From a bacterium (lineage in GTDB: Bacteria > UBA8248), in contig CBDBZU010000004.1 in assembly GCA_965213625.1 (NCBI GenBank), positions 1,056,001 through 1,120,000 on the forward strand: a DNA stretch of 64,000 nt. Reading direction: 5' to 3'. This document shows positions 32,013-42,375 of the stretch, piece by piece. Position numbers and translations under genes: made by a program. The notes beneath the pieces were generated by a model, which saw only the letters and a program-made list of their open reading frames with translations, did not search any database and was not told the origin of the DNA. Positions within the stretch are counted from its first letter, which is position 1. Every line of letters starts with the position of its first letter.

Positions 32013-33626
32013 CTATTCAACGGGCGCCAATTCCAGCAGCGCTTTCTTGTCGATCTTGTCACTCGCGACGCGGGGGAATTCACCGAGTTCGATGAACCGC
32101 GCCGGTATCTTGTAGGTGGCGAGACCGCTCGTTCTGAGCGCATCTGCCAGAGATAGCGCATCCAGTCTTTTTCCCTCATGGGGCTGGATGAACGCCCATG
32201 GCACCTCTCCGTATTCGGAATCGGGCGCGGCGACCACGGCGCACTCGAAGACGTCGGGATGTTTGGCGATCTCGCGCTCGACCTCGACAGGCAGTATTTT
32301 CTGCCCGCTGCGGTTGATGACCTCCTTGCTGCGGCCCAGCAATCTCAAGCGGCCGTCTTCGTCAATGGTGCCGATGTCACCGGTCGCGTTCCACCCATCC
32401 GACCAGACTGCCCTCGTCCCTTCCGGGTCTTTCCAGTAACCCGATGACGCGTAAGGGGCCGAGAGTTTGAAGTGGCCGACGCTCCCCTGTGGCAGTGCGT
32501 TTCCCTCCTCATCCTCGATTCGCCAGCGGCATCCCCGATGCGGCAAGCCGACGCTGCCGTTGAGCCTGAGCACGGCAGGCTCGTTGAAGTCCGCGTGCGC
32601 GAAGCCGGGGGTTTCCATGCTGCCCGCCGCGACCACGACGCGGCAATCGGTGAGACTTTCCACATGTCGCGCCGCGGCCAGGTCCGCAGCAGCCGTGCCG
32701 ACCCGAATGGCACGCAGAGAGCTGAGATCGTAGGAGCTTAAGTTTTCCTGCGCCATCCGAGTGAGGATGACGGGCACGGTCGTCGCCACGGTGATCTTCG
32801 CACTCTCGATGAGCGCCAGCAAAGCGCGCGCGTTATAGGTTTCGGGGAACGTGAAGGCGCACGGCGTCATGCCCGACGTCACCCAGACCAGCAGCCCCGC
32901 GCCCCCCGCCATCGGCGCGAAAACGCCGATGTTGTCGTCCTCGCTGATACACAATCGCGCGCCGTTTGCGTGGGCGAGGCACATCTGCGCCCCTTCGGGC
33001 CATTCGCAAAGCTTCGAAAATCCGCTGGAGCCGCTCGAGACCGTGATGAGGGAAATCTCATCGAAGCGGAAACGCCGGGAGGCGATTTCTTTCAGTGAAC
33101 CGGGGTCTTGCGGTGGATTGGTCAACTCGTCCCAGGACAGCCACCCGGCGGGAGTTGCGTCCGAGAGATCGACGAGAAGCGTGTGCGAGGCTCCAGCGAA
33201 CGTCTCATCCAGCCAGGATTCTCCTTCATCATCCATGGTTTCCGGTGAGGCGAATATGACGCTCGGCGCAAGTTCCCGGCATGCGTAGCCCAGTTCCTGG
33301 CACCGCCACTGGATGGGGGCGAAACAGCCGATGACGCCCGCTTTCTTGAATGCGATGCGCAAGACGATCTCGCGGTTCGAAGATGACATCTGCACGAGGG
33401 CGCGGGCGTCGCGATCGATTCCTCTGGCGAACAGGTTCGCGGCGATGCGGTCGGTGAGTTCATCCAGACCTCGCCAGGTAATCTCCTCTTGCGAATCGCG
33501 GCAGGCGATTTTCCCAGGGAATTCCCGCGCATAGACGGCGTAGCGCTCCACCATCGTCTCGCGCGTCCAGTAACCGGCGGCGATATAGGCCTCGATTTTT
33601 TCCTGGTCAAGAAAAGAAGGTTTCAT
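32013..33626 (-). CDS. Class I adenylate-forming enzyme (acyl/aryl-CoA ligase-like)
   Basis: SSGSSGFSK (divergent P-loop), GSME, TGD, GRSKEVINRSG, terminal K. Confidence 0.88.
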   Translation of the reverse strand: MKPSFLDQEKIEAYIAAGYWTRETMVERYAVYAREFPGKIACRDSQEEITWRGLDELTDRIAANLFARGIDRDARALVQMSSSNREIVLRIAFKKAGVIGCFAPIQWRCQELGYACRELAPSVIFASPETMDDEGESWLDETFAGASHTLLVDLSDATPAGWLSWDELTNPPQDPGSLKEIASRRFRFDEISLITVSSGSSGFSKLCEWPEGAQMCLAHANGARLCISEDDNIGVFAPMAGGAGLLVWVTSGMTPCAFTFPETYNARALLALIESAKITVATTVPVILTRMAQENLSSYDLSSLRAIRVGTAAADLAAARHVESLTDCRVVVAAGSMETPGFAHADFNEPAVLRLNGSVGLPHRGCRWRIEDEEGNALPQGSVGHFKLSAPYASSGYWKDPEGTRAVWSDGWNATGDIGTIDEDGRLRLLGRSKEVINRSGQKILPVEVEREIAKHPDVFECAVVAAPDSEYGEVPWAFIQPHEGKRLDALSLADALRTSGLATYKIPARFIELGEFPRVASDKIDKKALLELAPVE

Positions 33627-33640
33627 GCTTGATTCCGGGA

Positions 33641-34426
33641 TTAGCGGCCCTTGTACTCGGGGGCGCGTTTTTCGGCGTAGGCTTTCAGGGCCTCGCGGCT
33701 GTCCTCGGTCGCCATGCAGATGGCGTAGAGTTTTCGCTCGAAGTCGATGCCCGCCAGAAGCTCGGTTTCCGTGGAGCGCAATACGGCGTCGCGCCCGGCG
33801 ACGAAGGCCATGGGGGATTGCGCCCCAAGGGTGCGCGCCAGCTCCTTCGCACGGGGCATTAACTCGGCAAGCGGCATGACTTCGGTGACCAGGCCGATTT
33901 CGCGGGCGGTTTCGGCGTCGACGCGCTGTCCCGTCAGGATCATCTGCATGGCCCAGCCCAGCCCGACGAACCGGTAGAGACGCTGCGTGCCGCCCGAACC
34001 GGGAATCTGGCCCAGGTTGATCTCCGGCTGCGCGAGCTGGGCGTTCTCGCTCGCGATGCGGATTGTGCACCCCATGGCGAATTCCAGCCCCGCGCCGAAG
34101 CAGTAGCCGTTGATCGCGGCCACGGTCGGCTTGCCGAGGCGTTCGATGGCGGTCGGCAGTTCCTTTCGCAGCGTGGCCGAGGGGCCCATCTCCGAGACCA
34201 GCGTGCGTCGTTCGAGTTCGGGGATGTTGGTGCCGGCGCAAAACGACTTGTCCCCGTGCCCGGTGAAGACGATAGCCTTCACCGCGTCGTCGGTTTCGGC
34301 GCGGCGGGCGCAGTCGAGCAGGTCGATCCGCATTTGCTGGGTCATGGCGTTTCGCCGCTCCGGCCAGTGCAATGTGACGATCAGCAACTCACCGTCCATT
34401 TCGGTGCGCAGGTTCTCGTAGTTCAT
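33641..34426 (-). CDS. Enoyl-CoA hydratase/isomerase family protein
   Basis: PERRNA, FCAG, GYCFGAGLE, QPEINLG..PG.GGTQRL. Confidence 0.92.
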   Translation of the reverse strand: MNYENLRTEMDGELLIVTLHWPERRNAMTQQMRIDLLDCARRAETDDAVKAIVFTGHGDKSFCAGTNIPELERRTLVSEMGPSATLRKELPTAIERLGKPTVAAINGYCFGAGLEFAMGCTIRIASENAQLAQPEINLGQIPGSGGTQRLYRFVGLGWAMQMILTGQRVDAETAREIGLVTEVMPLAELMPRAKELARTLGAQSPMAFVAGRDAVLRSTETELLAGIDFERKLYAICMATEDSREALKAYAEKRAPEYKGR

Positions 34427-34806
34427 GTCGGCTCCACCCCCATGTTGTGTGTGTTTTCTCCTCGACACCGCCTGTTTACCCATTGTAATCACTATCCGCG
34501 CCGTTTACGTCAACCGGCGTTTGGCCTGTTTCGCAAATACGCCGTCATTGCCATGAGTTTTTTCTACTTTACGCTCTCGAAGGTCCGGCCTTTGTCCAGC
34601 GCGTAGATGCGGTCGTCCATGCGTCCACGATTCCGGGTTGTGAGGAATTCGCAATGTTGTTCGTGTGGTACGGCTTGTCAAGCATACGAACGGAGCGTCA
34701 ATGAAAAGCGCCGGAAGAAAGGGCGTTCACCGCGGCGTCCCGACCCTCATGCGAGAGTGCCGGGACGCCGCAGCGGGGTATGGTCGAAAGTATGCGTTCG
34801 GTCCCG

Positions 34807-35991
34807 TTACGCACCCAGCTTCAGCTTGAGCCAGTCGAAAATCTCGTGCGCGTAGGGGGGCACGTTGTCCATCTGGCAGTGCTGGGCGCCGGTTTCGGTT
34901 CCCTTGACGACCCGGAAGGTCTTGTCCTTCGAGCCCGAGGCGTTGAAGAGATTTTTCGCGTCGGCGAGGGGTATCTGCTGGTCACCCTCTCCGTGGATCA
35001 GCAAAAACGGGCAGCGCATGTTCTGCACCACGCCGTCGAGCTTGAAGTCCGCGAGCAAGTCGAGACACTCCTCGGTGGAGTCCGAGTTGAAAATCCACGT
35101 CAGGTGATGGCCGGGAACCGAGAGGGCCGTCTTGTAGGCGGCGGCGATTCTGTCCTGCCACACCCGCTGGTAGTCCCAGATCGCCCCCCACGCCACGCAC
35201 GCCTTGAAGCGGTGCTCCATGCTCGCGTTTCTGGGCGCGTAGTAGCCGCCCAGGCTGATCGCCATGACGCCGGCGCGCTTCGCGTCCACGTCGTTTCTGC
35301 TTTCGAGATAATCGAGGGCCGCAGCGCCCGCGGTTTCATGGTCGTGGCGCAGGTAGAGCTTCCTGAAGCGGATGGCTTCTCCGTTTCCGGGCGCATCCAC
35401 GGCGAGTACGCTCATCCCCCGGCGAACGAGGTCTTCCGCGCCCAGGATGTATTGAATCTCCTTCGAAACGTCGAAACCGTCGAAGGATACCACCACGGGC
35501 GGTTTTCTTTTTCTCGTGTTCTGCGCGTGAATGAGGATTCCGGGCAGCGTCTTTTTACCCTCGAAGGGGATTTCCACGTGCTCGATGCGCGGAGCGTCCG
35601 TGAGCGCGGCGAAGCGCTTGAAGCTGTCGAGTGATTTGCGGTACGCGGCGTTCGCCGCCTTGTCCTTGGGCGTCCGGAAGCGCTCGCCGAGCTGGTAGTA
35701 GAAACACGCGCGCTTAAAGAATGCGGCGGCGGAGAGATTGTTCTTTTTCCGAGCGGCGGCCATGCCGAGGGAGCGCATCCTGTCGGCCTCACTCACCCAT
35801 TCGTCGAACCAGGCGTCGTCGTCGCCAATCTTGCCCTTTAACTTGCGGCAGACCCTGTCGACCTCGCCCATCGTGGACGAACCCCAATAGGATGTGGAAT
35901 AGGCGATGCCTACGCCTGCGGACCAGCGGTAGTCATCGGGAAAATACGCGAACCACGGTTCCTTGCGGACGGCTTGTGCGGCTTTTGCCAT
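34807..35991 (-). CDS. Alpha/beta hydrolase (paralog of 9783 gene)
   Basis: DGFDVSKE, AISLGGYYAPR, QHC. Confidence 0.85.
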   Translation of the reverse strand: MAKAAQAVRKEPWFAYFPDDYRWSAGVGIAYSTSYWGSSTMGEVDRVCRKLKGKIGDDDAWFDEWVSEADRMRSLGMAAARKKNNLSAAAFFKRACFYYQLGERFRTPKDKAANAAYRKSLDSFKRFAALTDAPRIEHVEIPFEGKKTLPGILIHAQNTRKRKPPVVVSFDGFDVSKEIQYILGAEDLVRRGMSVLAVDAPGNGEAIRFRKLYLRHDHETAGAAALDYLESRNDVDAKRAGVMAISLGGYYAPRNASMEHRFKACVAWGAIWDYQRVWQDRIAAAYKTALSVPGHHLTWIFNSDSTEECLDLLADFKLDGVVQNMRCPFLLIHGEGDQQIPLADAKNLFNASGSKDKTFRVVKGTETGAQHCQMDNVPPYAHEIFDWLKLKLGA

Positions 35992-36182
35992 GAGGCGTTC
36001 TCCTTACGCGAAATTGAATTTTATCGTGCAAATATCATTGAGGGATGGCGCGGAAATATCGAGAAAAACGGATATTTCAATCCGTGAGTTCTTCGAAATT
36101 CAGGCTTCCTCGTTTCATTGTTCCAGTAGGGAAATTTATATCACAGCATCATTTTCACGTCATCGGTGGTGGGTGTTCAGTG

Positions 36183-36210
36183 GTAGGGACAGGTCGCGAC
36201 CTGTCCCTAC
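36183..36210. repeat. GTAG-type REP, perfect 28-bp palindrome
   Basis: GTAGGGACAGGTCGCGACCTGTCCCTAC. Confidence 0.85.
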
Positions 36211-37133
36211 AAAGACCGGCCCAGCGCCTTTTTGAGTTCCTCTTCATGGCCGAGGCCGAGTATCCATGCCTCTTCCGTTTCGATGATGCGGCGCTCGGCG
36301 GCGTTGAGATGAGAAGCGCCTTGGAATAAGGGGCCCAGCCCGCCCAGGGCGTCGAGCCTTGCGAATGCCTCCGCGTTCACGCGAACCTGTGCGGCGTCAG
36401 TTATTTCGGCCTCACTCTTTCGCTCTTCAATTTCTTTCCTGAGGAGGGAAGGGTAGATTTCGGCGATTACGGCGGGCGCTTCGGGCGCGCGCAATCCGGT
36501 ATCGAAGGGCCAGACGGCGAGGCGGCCTTTCAGGCGCGGGTGCTCTATGAGTCGCTTGATAGCAGGCAGGCCCAGGAGCACCTGCGAACCGACGGACCCG
36601 GCGTAGGCCAGTTGCCAGACGGTCTTGGCGCCCCTGGCCTGGGAGTCGGCGATGCGCCGCTCGGGAGGATGCGCCTCCCGGCCCGTGCGGCGCGATTCGC
36701 GTGTCGGCACCTCGGGGTATCCCCAGCTTTCCGGTCGACCCCAGAAGGGGCCGATTCCCGGATAGGTGCGGTTGATCGCCTCCGCGACTTCGAAGCGGTT
36801 GTTCGCGTTGTTCTCGGCGTCTTCGATGCGGGCCGCCAGCCAGCCCCGGAGCGTGCGGGCCGAGGCCTCGCCCGTCAGGTGCGCCGCCACCCCGGCCGGG
36901 TAGCCGAAGGGAAAGTCGAAACCGATCAACACGCGGCGGGCGGCGTCTAGTTCCATTGCGATGATATCTGCCAAACGCTCCACCGCGTCGTGGCGGGTGC
37001 GGGCGTACGCGGGTTCGTCCACGACGCCGTCGCGCGCGGCGGCCCACCAGATGGCGTCTTTCGTCGGACGGGCCGGACTCGGCTTCGAGCGCGCCGACCA
37101 GTCGACGATGACGTGGGTTTGGAAGGTAGTCAT
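36207..37133 (-). CDS. Uncharacterised RNase H-like (DUF429-related) protein
   Basis: VDWSA, GFDFPFGYP, AEIYPS, DA pattern. Confidence 0.6.
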   Translation of the reverse strand: MTTFQTHVIVDWSARSKPSPARPTKDAIWWAAARDGVVDEPAYARTRHDAVERLADIIAMELDAARRVLIGFDFPFGYPAGVAAHLTGEASARTLRGWLAARIEDAENNANNRFEVAEAINRTYPGIGPFWGRPESWGYPEVPTRESRRTGREAHPPERRIADSQARGAKTVWQLAYAGSVGSQVLLGLPAIKRLIEHPRLKGRLAVWPFDTGLRAPEAPAVIAEIYPSLLRKEIEERKSEAEITDAAQVRVNAEAFARLDALGGLGPLFQGASHLNAAERRIIETEEAWILGLGHEEELKKALGRSL

Positions 37134-37148
37134 GGGCTCTCAGGTAAG

Positions 37149-37218
37149 GGGACAGGTCGCGACCTGTCCCTACACAGGCAAACAGGAAGGCAGGACAGGC
37201 ACGGGGGCCTGTCCCTAC
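37149..37218. repeat. Two GTAG-type REP units
   Basis: GGGACAGGTCGCGACCTGTCCCTAC and GGACAGGCACGGGGGCCTGTCCCTAC. Confidence 0.8.
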
Positions 37219-37226
37219 GATCCCGT

Positions 37227-38402
37227 CTACCCGCAGAGTTTCTCCTGGAGCCAGTCGAACATGTAGGCCGTGCCGATGGCGTAGTTGTCGCGCTGGCAGT
37301 GCTGGGAGCCGCCTTCCTTCACGGTGAAGACCTTGAGCGTCTTGTCCTTCGAGCCCACGGCGTTGTAGAGCGCCTTGGCGTCTCGGAGCGGAATCTGCTT
37401 GTCGTCCGCCCCGTGCGTGACGAGGAAGGGACACCGCATCTTCTGCACGACGCCGTCGAGCCGGAAGCCGTCCAGCTTGGCGAGGGCGTCGTCGAGCGAG
37501 TCTGCGTTCAGTATCCACTGGATGTGATGGCCCGGTACGGAGAGTTCCGCCTTGAAGGAGGCGTCGATGCGCTTTTTCCAGGTGGCGTAGTAGTCCCAGA
37601 TCGCCCCCCAGGCGAGACACGCCTTGTAGCGCGGCTCCATGCTGGCGATGCGCGGCGCGTAGTAGCCGCCCAGGCTGACGGCCATGACGCCGGCGTTCCT
37701 GGCGTCCACGTCGTTTCTGGTTTCGAGATAATCGAGCGCGGCCGAGCCGGCGACTTCATAGTCGTGACGCAGGTAGATGTTGCGCAGGCGGATGGCCTCG
37801 CCCGTGCCGGGGCCGTCCATCACCAGACAGCTCATGCCGCGGCGGATGAGGTCTTCCACGCCGCGCGTGAACTGGAGTTCCTTGGTGACGTCGAGCCCGT
37901 CGAAGAAGACGACGACGGGGGGTTTTCTCTTCCTCGTATTTTCGGCGTGCACGAGATAGCCGGGCAGCTTTTTTCGGCCCTCGAAGGGAACCTCCACGGC
38001 CTCGATTCTGGGCCTGTCCGTCAGGCGGGTGAAGCGGCGGAAGGTGTCGAGCGATTTCTTGAACGTGGCGACCGCGCGCTTGTCCTTGGGCGTCCGGAAG
38101 CGTTCGCCCATCTGGTAGTAGCAGGTGGCGCGCTTGTAGTGGGTGGCGGCGGAGAGGTTCTTTTTCTTACGCTCGGCGGCGCGGCCCAAATCCCGCACGG
38201 TGTCGCCCATGCGGTCCCACTCGCGGAACCAAAGGTTGTCGTCGCCGAGCTTCTTGTAGAGGCGGCGGCAGACCTTGTCGACCTCGCCGATTTCGGTCCC
38301 GCCCCACTGCGCGCTCGACACCATGCCGCAGATGGCGGCCGACCAGCGGTAGTCCTCGGGAAAATACGTGTACCAGTTCGTGTTCGCGGGTGCTTCGGGC
38401 AT
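37227..38402 (-). CDS. Alpha/beta hydrolase (close paralog of 34807 gene)
   Basis: YFPEDYRWS, DGLDVTKE, AVSLGGYYAPR, SQHC. Confidence 0.85.
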   Translation of the reverse strand: MPEAPANTNWYTYFPEDYRWSAAICGMVSSAQWGGTEIGEVDKVCRRLYKKLGDDNLWFREWDRMGDTVRDLGRAAERKKKNLSAATHYKRATCYYQMGERFRTPKDKRAVATFKKSLDTFRRFTRLTDRPRIEAVEVPFEGRKKLPGYLVHAENTRKRKPPVVVFFDGLDVTKELQFTRGVEDLIRRGMSCLVMDGPGTGEAIRLRNIYLRHDYEVAGSAALDYLETRNDVDARNAGVMAVSLGGYYAPRIASMEPRYKACLAWGAIWDYYATWKKRIDASFKAELSVPGHHIQWILNADSLDDALAKLDGFRLDGVVQKMRCPFLVTHGADDKQIPLRDAKALYNAVGSKDKTLKVFTVKEGGSQHCQRDNYAIGTAYMFDWLQEKLCG

Positions 38403-38578
38403 GAATGGCCTCCTTGCGTCGCATCCGGGACGCGCCGGAGCGCATGTGCGCCCGGGTCCGAGTCGCGCGAATGCGGGTCTTCGGGTTGAATGTAAGTGCC
38501 GGGGATCATATCTTTGTTCCACGCTGATAATCAAACCGATGAGCCGATCGCCGGCGTCTCGAGGATGGGGAGTGTGCG

Positions 38579-39943
38579 ATGAGCGAGAGGAAAGACTTCG
38601 ATAAAGTACTGGACTATATCGATGCGAACGCGGATAGCATCGTGGCCGACCTGCAGGAACTCTGCCGCCAGCCGAGCATCTCGACCACGAACGTGGGGAT
38701 AAGAGAGATGGCGGCCCTGCTAGAAGCCCGCGTGGCGCGTTCGGGCCTTAAGACGACGCTCCATGAGACGGGCGGCAACCCGATTCTCACCGCGCGCCTC
38801 AAAGGCGGCGGAGACAAGACGCTTCTTTTCTACAACCACTACGACGTGCAGCCGGCGGAGCCGCTCTCGGAATGGGATACCCCGCCGTTTGACGCCCAAG
38901 TGGTGGACGGCGCCGTCATCGCGCGCGGTTCGACGGACAACAAGGGCAACATCATGAGCCGTCTGGCGGCGTTCGAGGCGTTCCTCGCGGTGCGCGGCGA
39001 GCTTCCCTGCACGGTCAAGTACATCATCGAGGGCGAGGAAGAAGTGGGAAGTCCCTCGCTCGAGCCTTTCGTGAAGGAAAACGCCGATCTGCTCGCGGCG
39101 GACGGCTGCGTGTGGGAGGACAACACCACGCGGGTGGACACGCCGGTGCTCTCGCTCGGCAACAAGGGGCTTTGCTACATGGAGCTCACCTGCCGGACGG
39201 CGAACGTGGATTTCCACAGCTCGAACGCCCAGATATACGAGAACGCGGCTTGGCGGATGACGTGGGCGCTCTCGACCATGAAGGACAGGCAAGAGAACGT
39301 GCTGGTGGAAGGATTCTACGACGACGTGCTGCCGATCACCGAAATCGAGGACGAACTCATCCGCCGCGTCCTGCCCTACAACGGGGCGGAGCGCATCGAG
39401 AAGTTCGAGCTTCGCAAGTTCCTCCTCGATATGAAGGACGAGGATCTGCCGCGCCGCCATCTCGCGAACCCGACCTTCAACATCGCGGGCTTTGACGGCG
39501 GCTACACCGGCGAGGGGGTGAAGACCATCGTCTCCGCCCGCGCTCGGGCCAAGATAGACTGCCGCCTCGTGCCGGACCAGGACCCTTACAAGATAAGAGA
39601 CTGCGTGCGCGCGCATCTGGACAAGCACGGCTTCGAGGACATCGGCGTGGAGCTTCTGTTCACCTCCTACCCGGCGAAGAGCGACCCCGAGGCCGATATC
39701 GTCAAGGCGTGTAACGCGGCGGCGCAGAGGCTCTACGGGGAGGACGCCATCATCAACCCGTTCGGCAACGGCAGCACGCCGACGTATATTGTTTTGAAGC
39801 ACCTCGGCATTCCGCTTTCCTCCACCGGGGTGGGCCGCATTACCTCGCGCACGCACAGCGCGAACGAGAACCTGAAAATCGCGGACCTGATAGACGGGGC
39901 CAAGTGGATGGCCGCCATCTGCGAGGAGTTCAGCGGACTGTAA
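38579..39943 (+). CDS. M20/M25/M40 metallopeptidase
   Basis: YNHYDVQP, ARGSTDNKG, EGEEEVGS, HSANE. Confidence 0.92.
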   Translation: MSERKDFDKVLDYIDANADSIVADLQELCRQPSISTTNVGIREMAALLEARVARSGLKTTLHETGGNPILTARLKGGGDKTLLFYNHYDVQPAEPLSEWDTPPFDAQVVDGAVIARGSTDNKGNIMSRLAAFEAFLAVRGELPCTVKYIIEGEEEVGSPSLEPFVKENADLLAADGCVWEDNTTRVDTPVLSLGNKGLCYMELTCRTANVDFHSSNAQIYENAAWRMTWALSTMKDRQENVLVEGFYDDVLPITEIEDELIRRVLPYNGAERIEKFELRKFLLDMKDEDLPRRHLANPTFNIAGFDGGYTGEGVKTIVSARARAKIDCRLVPDQDPYKIRDCVRAHLDKHGFEDIGVELLFTSYPAKSDPEADIVKACNAAAQRLYGEDAIINPFGNGSTPTYIVLKHLGIPLSSTGVGRITSRTHSANENLKIADLIDGAKWMAAICEEFSGL

Positions 39944-40013
39944 GGAGTTTGTGGGGGCCGCTCATCGAGCGCCCGTTTTTGGAGAGATGGAATCACGCAT
40001 ACAGGAGAAGAAG

Positions 40014-40409
40014 ATGCACGTTTTCGATCTGGAGAAAGAAAAGGAATTCAGCAAGGAAAAACACGTGGAGAAGATTCTGGGCCGCTTCGAGGAGGGCGAC
40101 GTGACGGTGGCCTGCTGGGAGCCCGGGCAGGTGAGTCCCTACCATTGCCACCCCCACGCGACGGAGATTTATTTCTGCTACAAGGGCGGCGGCAGGATGA
40201 AGACCCCCACCGGCGAGGTGGACGTGATCCCCGGTTCCTTCATCGTGCATCCTCCGGGCGAGGTGCATGAATACACCAACGGCTCCGAGCGCACGCTGCT
40301 CTACCGGGTGCGCTACGGCGGCGACAAGCTCTCGCGTCACCTGGAATGGCCCACCAATCCCAACTGGAAGGCCCGGCCCGAGGACGAAGAGTATTTCAAA
40401 GACGCGTAG
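40014..40409 (+). CDS. Cupin domain protein
   Basis: H.HP.ATE and PPGEVH motifs; AGGAG RBS. Confidence 0.85.
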   Translation: MHVFDLEKEKEFSKEKHVEKILGRFEEGDVTVACWEPGQVSPYHCHPHATEIYFCYKGGGRMKTPTGEVDVIPGSFIVHPPGEVHEYTNGSERTLLYRVRYGGDKLSRHLEWPTNPNWKARPEDEEYFKDA

Positions 40410-40422
40410 GCATTCGCACACC

Positions 40423-40449
40423 GTAGGGGCGGACCTGTGTGTCCGCCCC
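40423..40449. repeat. GTAG-type REP
   Basis: GTAGGGGCGGAC-CTGTGT-GTCCGCCCC. Confidence 0.7.
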
Positions 40450-40577
40450 ATGGTTCGCGAACCGTCCCTGCTGCCGGGTGTGATTTTTAACGTCATTCCG
40501 ACAATCAATGCCGACCGGGGAGAGAAGAGATTCACTCTCCCTTGAGGGTCATTGCAACTGACTAAAGAGGAAGAACC

Positions 40578-40757
40578 ACTCCCCCCTTGAGGGGGAGTCG
40601 AAGAGTTGAGGGCGTAAGCCCGAAAGCGATTCGGTGGGGGGTATAGTTCGGACTGGAAATAAAACGCATTTTACCCCCCACCGATTCAACCTTCGCACAA
40701 ACCGCTCTGCTTCATCGTCGGCTTTCCCCTCGGGAAGCCGACCCTCAAGGGGGGAGT
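40578..40757. repeat. Hairpin-rich repeat/MITE-like element
   Basis: ACTCCCCCCTTGAGGG ... CCCTCAAGGGGGGAGT inverted ends, inner TCGGTGGGGGGTA/TACCCCCCACCGA pair. Confidence 0.65.
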
Positions 40758-40862
40758 TGATTTGATATTCCATTTGATGGAAGGAGAACTCCTTAGGGGG
40801 CGCATGCTAATTTTTCAACAGCCCCTCCTCACTCGCGTTTGACCCCCACTAGGAGCGCGTCC

Positions 40863-41651
40863 GTGAGCGGTACGATGGATTTCGATGAGAATGCCTCGCG
40901 CCGCGCCGAGGCCATATACCGGACTCGGGACATGGTGGAGGCCAGACGGCGGACGATAGAAGCGTTGCGTCTCATCCCCGGCGCGCGCGCTCTGGACGTG
41001 GGTTCCGGCCCCGGCCTGTTCGCCGATGAGATGGCGCAGATGGTCGGCCCGACGGGACTTGTGCGCGGCGTGGACCTCAGCGAGTCGATGATCGAGATCG
41101 CCAGGGCGCGCTGCGCCGATAAGCCCTGGGTTGATTTTCAGATCGCCGACGCCGTATCACTCCCGTTCGAAGACGGGTATTTCGACGCCTGCGTGAGCGT
41201 GCAGACACTCGAGTTCGTGGCGGACGTGGATGCGGCCTTGCGCGAGATTCACCGCGCCATGAAGCCCGGCGGACGAATCGCGGTCAGCGACGCCGACTGG
41301 GGCTCCACGACGTGGCGCTGCAAGGATGCGGCGCGCTGCGAGCGGGTGTTGGCCGGCTGGCTGGAGGGCTTCGCCCATCTGAGACTGCCGCTCACGCTCA
41401 AGTCCAGGATAGAGGCGGCGGGCTTCGTCGATGCGTCCGCCCACGCGATCCCCGTTCTCGACACCGCCTACGGGCCAGAGTGCTTCAGCTTTCACTTCAT
41501 CCGCATGTTTCAGGGCGTCTTGCCGGAGCGCACCGGCCTCACGCAGGAAGAGGTGGACGCCTGGGCGGAGGACTTGCGCGAACAAGGCGAGGCGGGCGCT
41601 TATTTCTTCGCGCATAACAGGTATCTATTCACGGCGGATAAGCCGCACTGA
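40863..41651 (+). CDS. Class I SAM-dependent methyltransferase
   Basis: LDVGSGPG, GVDLSE.M, ADA..LPF, KPGG. Confidence 0.9.
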   Translation: MSGTMDFDENASRRAEAIYRTRDMVEARRRTIEALRLIPGARALDVGSGPGLFADEMAQMVGPTGLVRGVDLSESMIEIARARCADKPWVDFQIADAVSLPFEDGYFDACVSVQTLEFVADVDAALREIHRAMKPGGRIAVSDADWGSTTWRCKDAARCERVLAGWLEGFAHLRLPLTLKSRIEAAGFVDASAHAIPVLDTAYGPECFSFHFIRMFQGVLPERTGLTQEEVDAWAEDLREQGEAGAYFFAHNRYLFTADKPH

Positions 41652-41658
41652 GAAAAGA

Positions 41659-42375
41659 CTAGCCTTCTTTCGATTTTATCTTCTTGTACACCACGGGGAC
41701 GAGTGAGAGCACGGCGAGTCCCACGAGCGCGATGATGACCTGGGGCGTCAGTATCCCCTTGGCGGAAAACTCGCCCCCCGCCTCGAAAATGCTGCCGAGC
41801 CCGGCGCCCACCGATGCGAAGACGAACGAGCCGGGAATTATCCCCAGGAACGTGCCGATGAAGTAGACGCTCAGGGATACCCCCAGGAAGGCGGGCACCA
41901 GGTTCACCACGAAAAAGGGAAAAATCGGCACGAGCCGCAAGACGAGCAGGTAGCTCAGCGCGTTTTCCTGAAAGCCTTCTTCCATCTTCTGGAGCCAGGG
42001 GCCGGCCTTCGCGCGCAGGGGGTCTCCGAGCGAGGTCTTTGCCGCGATGAAGAGGACAGTCGCCCCCGCCGTCGCGCCCACGACGATGTAGAGCGCGCCC
42101 CAGACGGTCCCGAACAGGAAGCCTCCCGTGATGCTCATCACCAACCCGCCGGGGAGGGAAAAAATCGTCACCGCCGCGTAGGTGAGCATGTAGGCGACGA
42201 TGGCGAGCGCGCCGTTCGCGCGCACCCACTCTTTGAGTGCGCCCTGGTTTTCCTTCAACGCCTCGAAGGAGAGGTAGCGGCCCAGTCCCGAATAGAAGAA
42301 AAGCACCAGGACGACGACCAGTACCAGCGGAATGATGAAGTTCTTGTACGATAGTCTTTTTTCGGTTTCGCTCAT
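41659..42375 (-). CDS. TVP38/TMEM64 (DedA/VTT) membrane protein
   Basis: LPG...GGFLFG, GATAGA, LRLVPIFPFFVVN. Confidence 0.9.
   Translation of the reverse strand: MSETEKRLSYKNFIIPLVLVVVLVLFFYSGLGRYLSFEALKENQGALKEWVRANGALAIVAYMLTYAAVTIFSLPGGLVMSITGGFLFGTVWGALYIVVGATAGATVLFIAAKTSLGDPLRAKAGPWLQKMEEGFQENALSYLLVLRLVPIFPFFVVNLVPAFLGVSLSVYFIGTFLGIIPGSFVFASVGAGLGSIFEAGGEFSAKGILTPQVIIALVGLAVLSLVPVVYKKIKSKEG

Noticed and set aside
34564-34620. Tiny minus-strand ORF MDDRIYALDKGRTFESVK resembling an ABC ATPase C-terminus
   Set aside because: Too short to support; at most a deletion remnant
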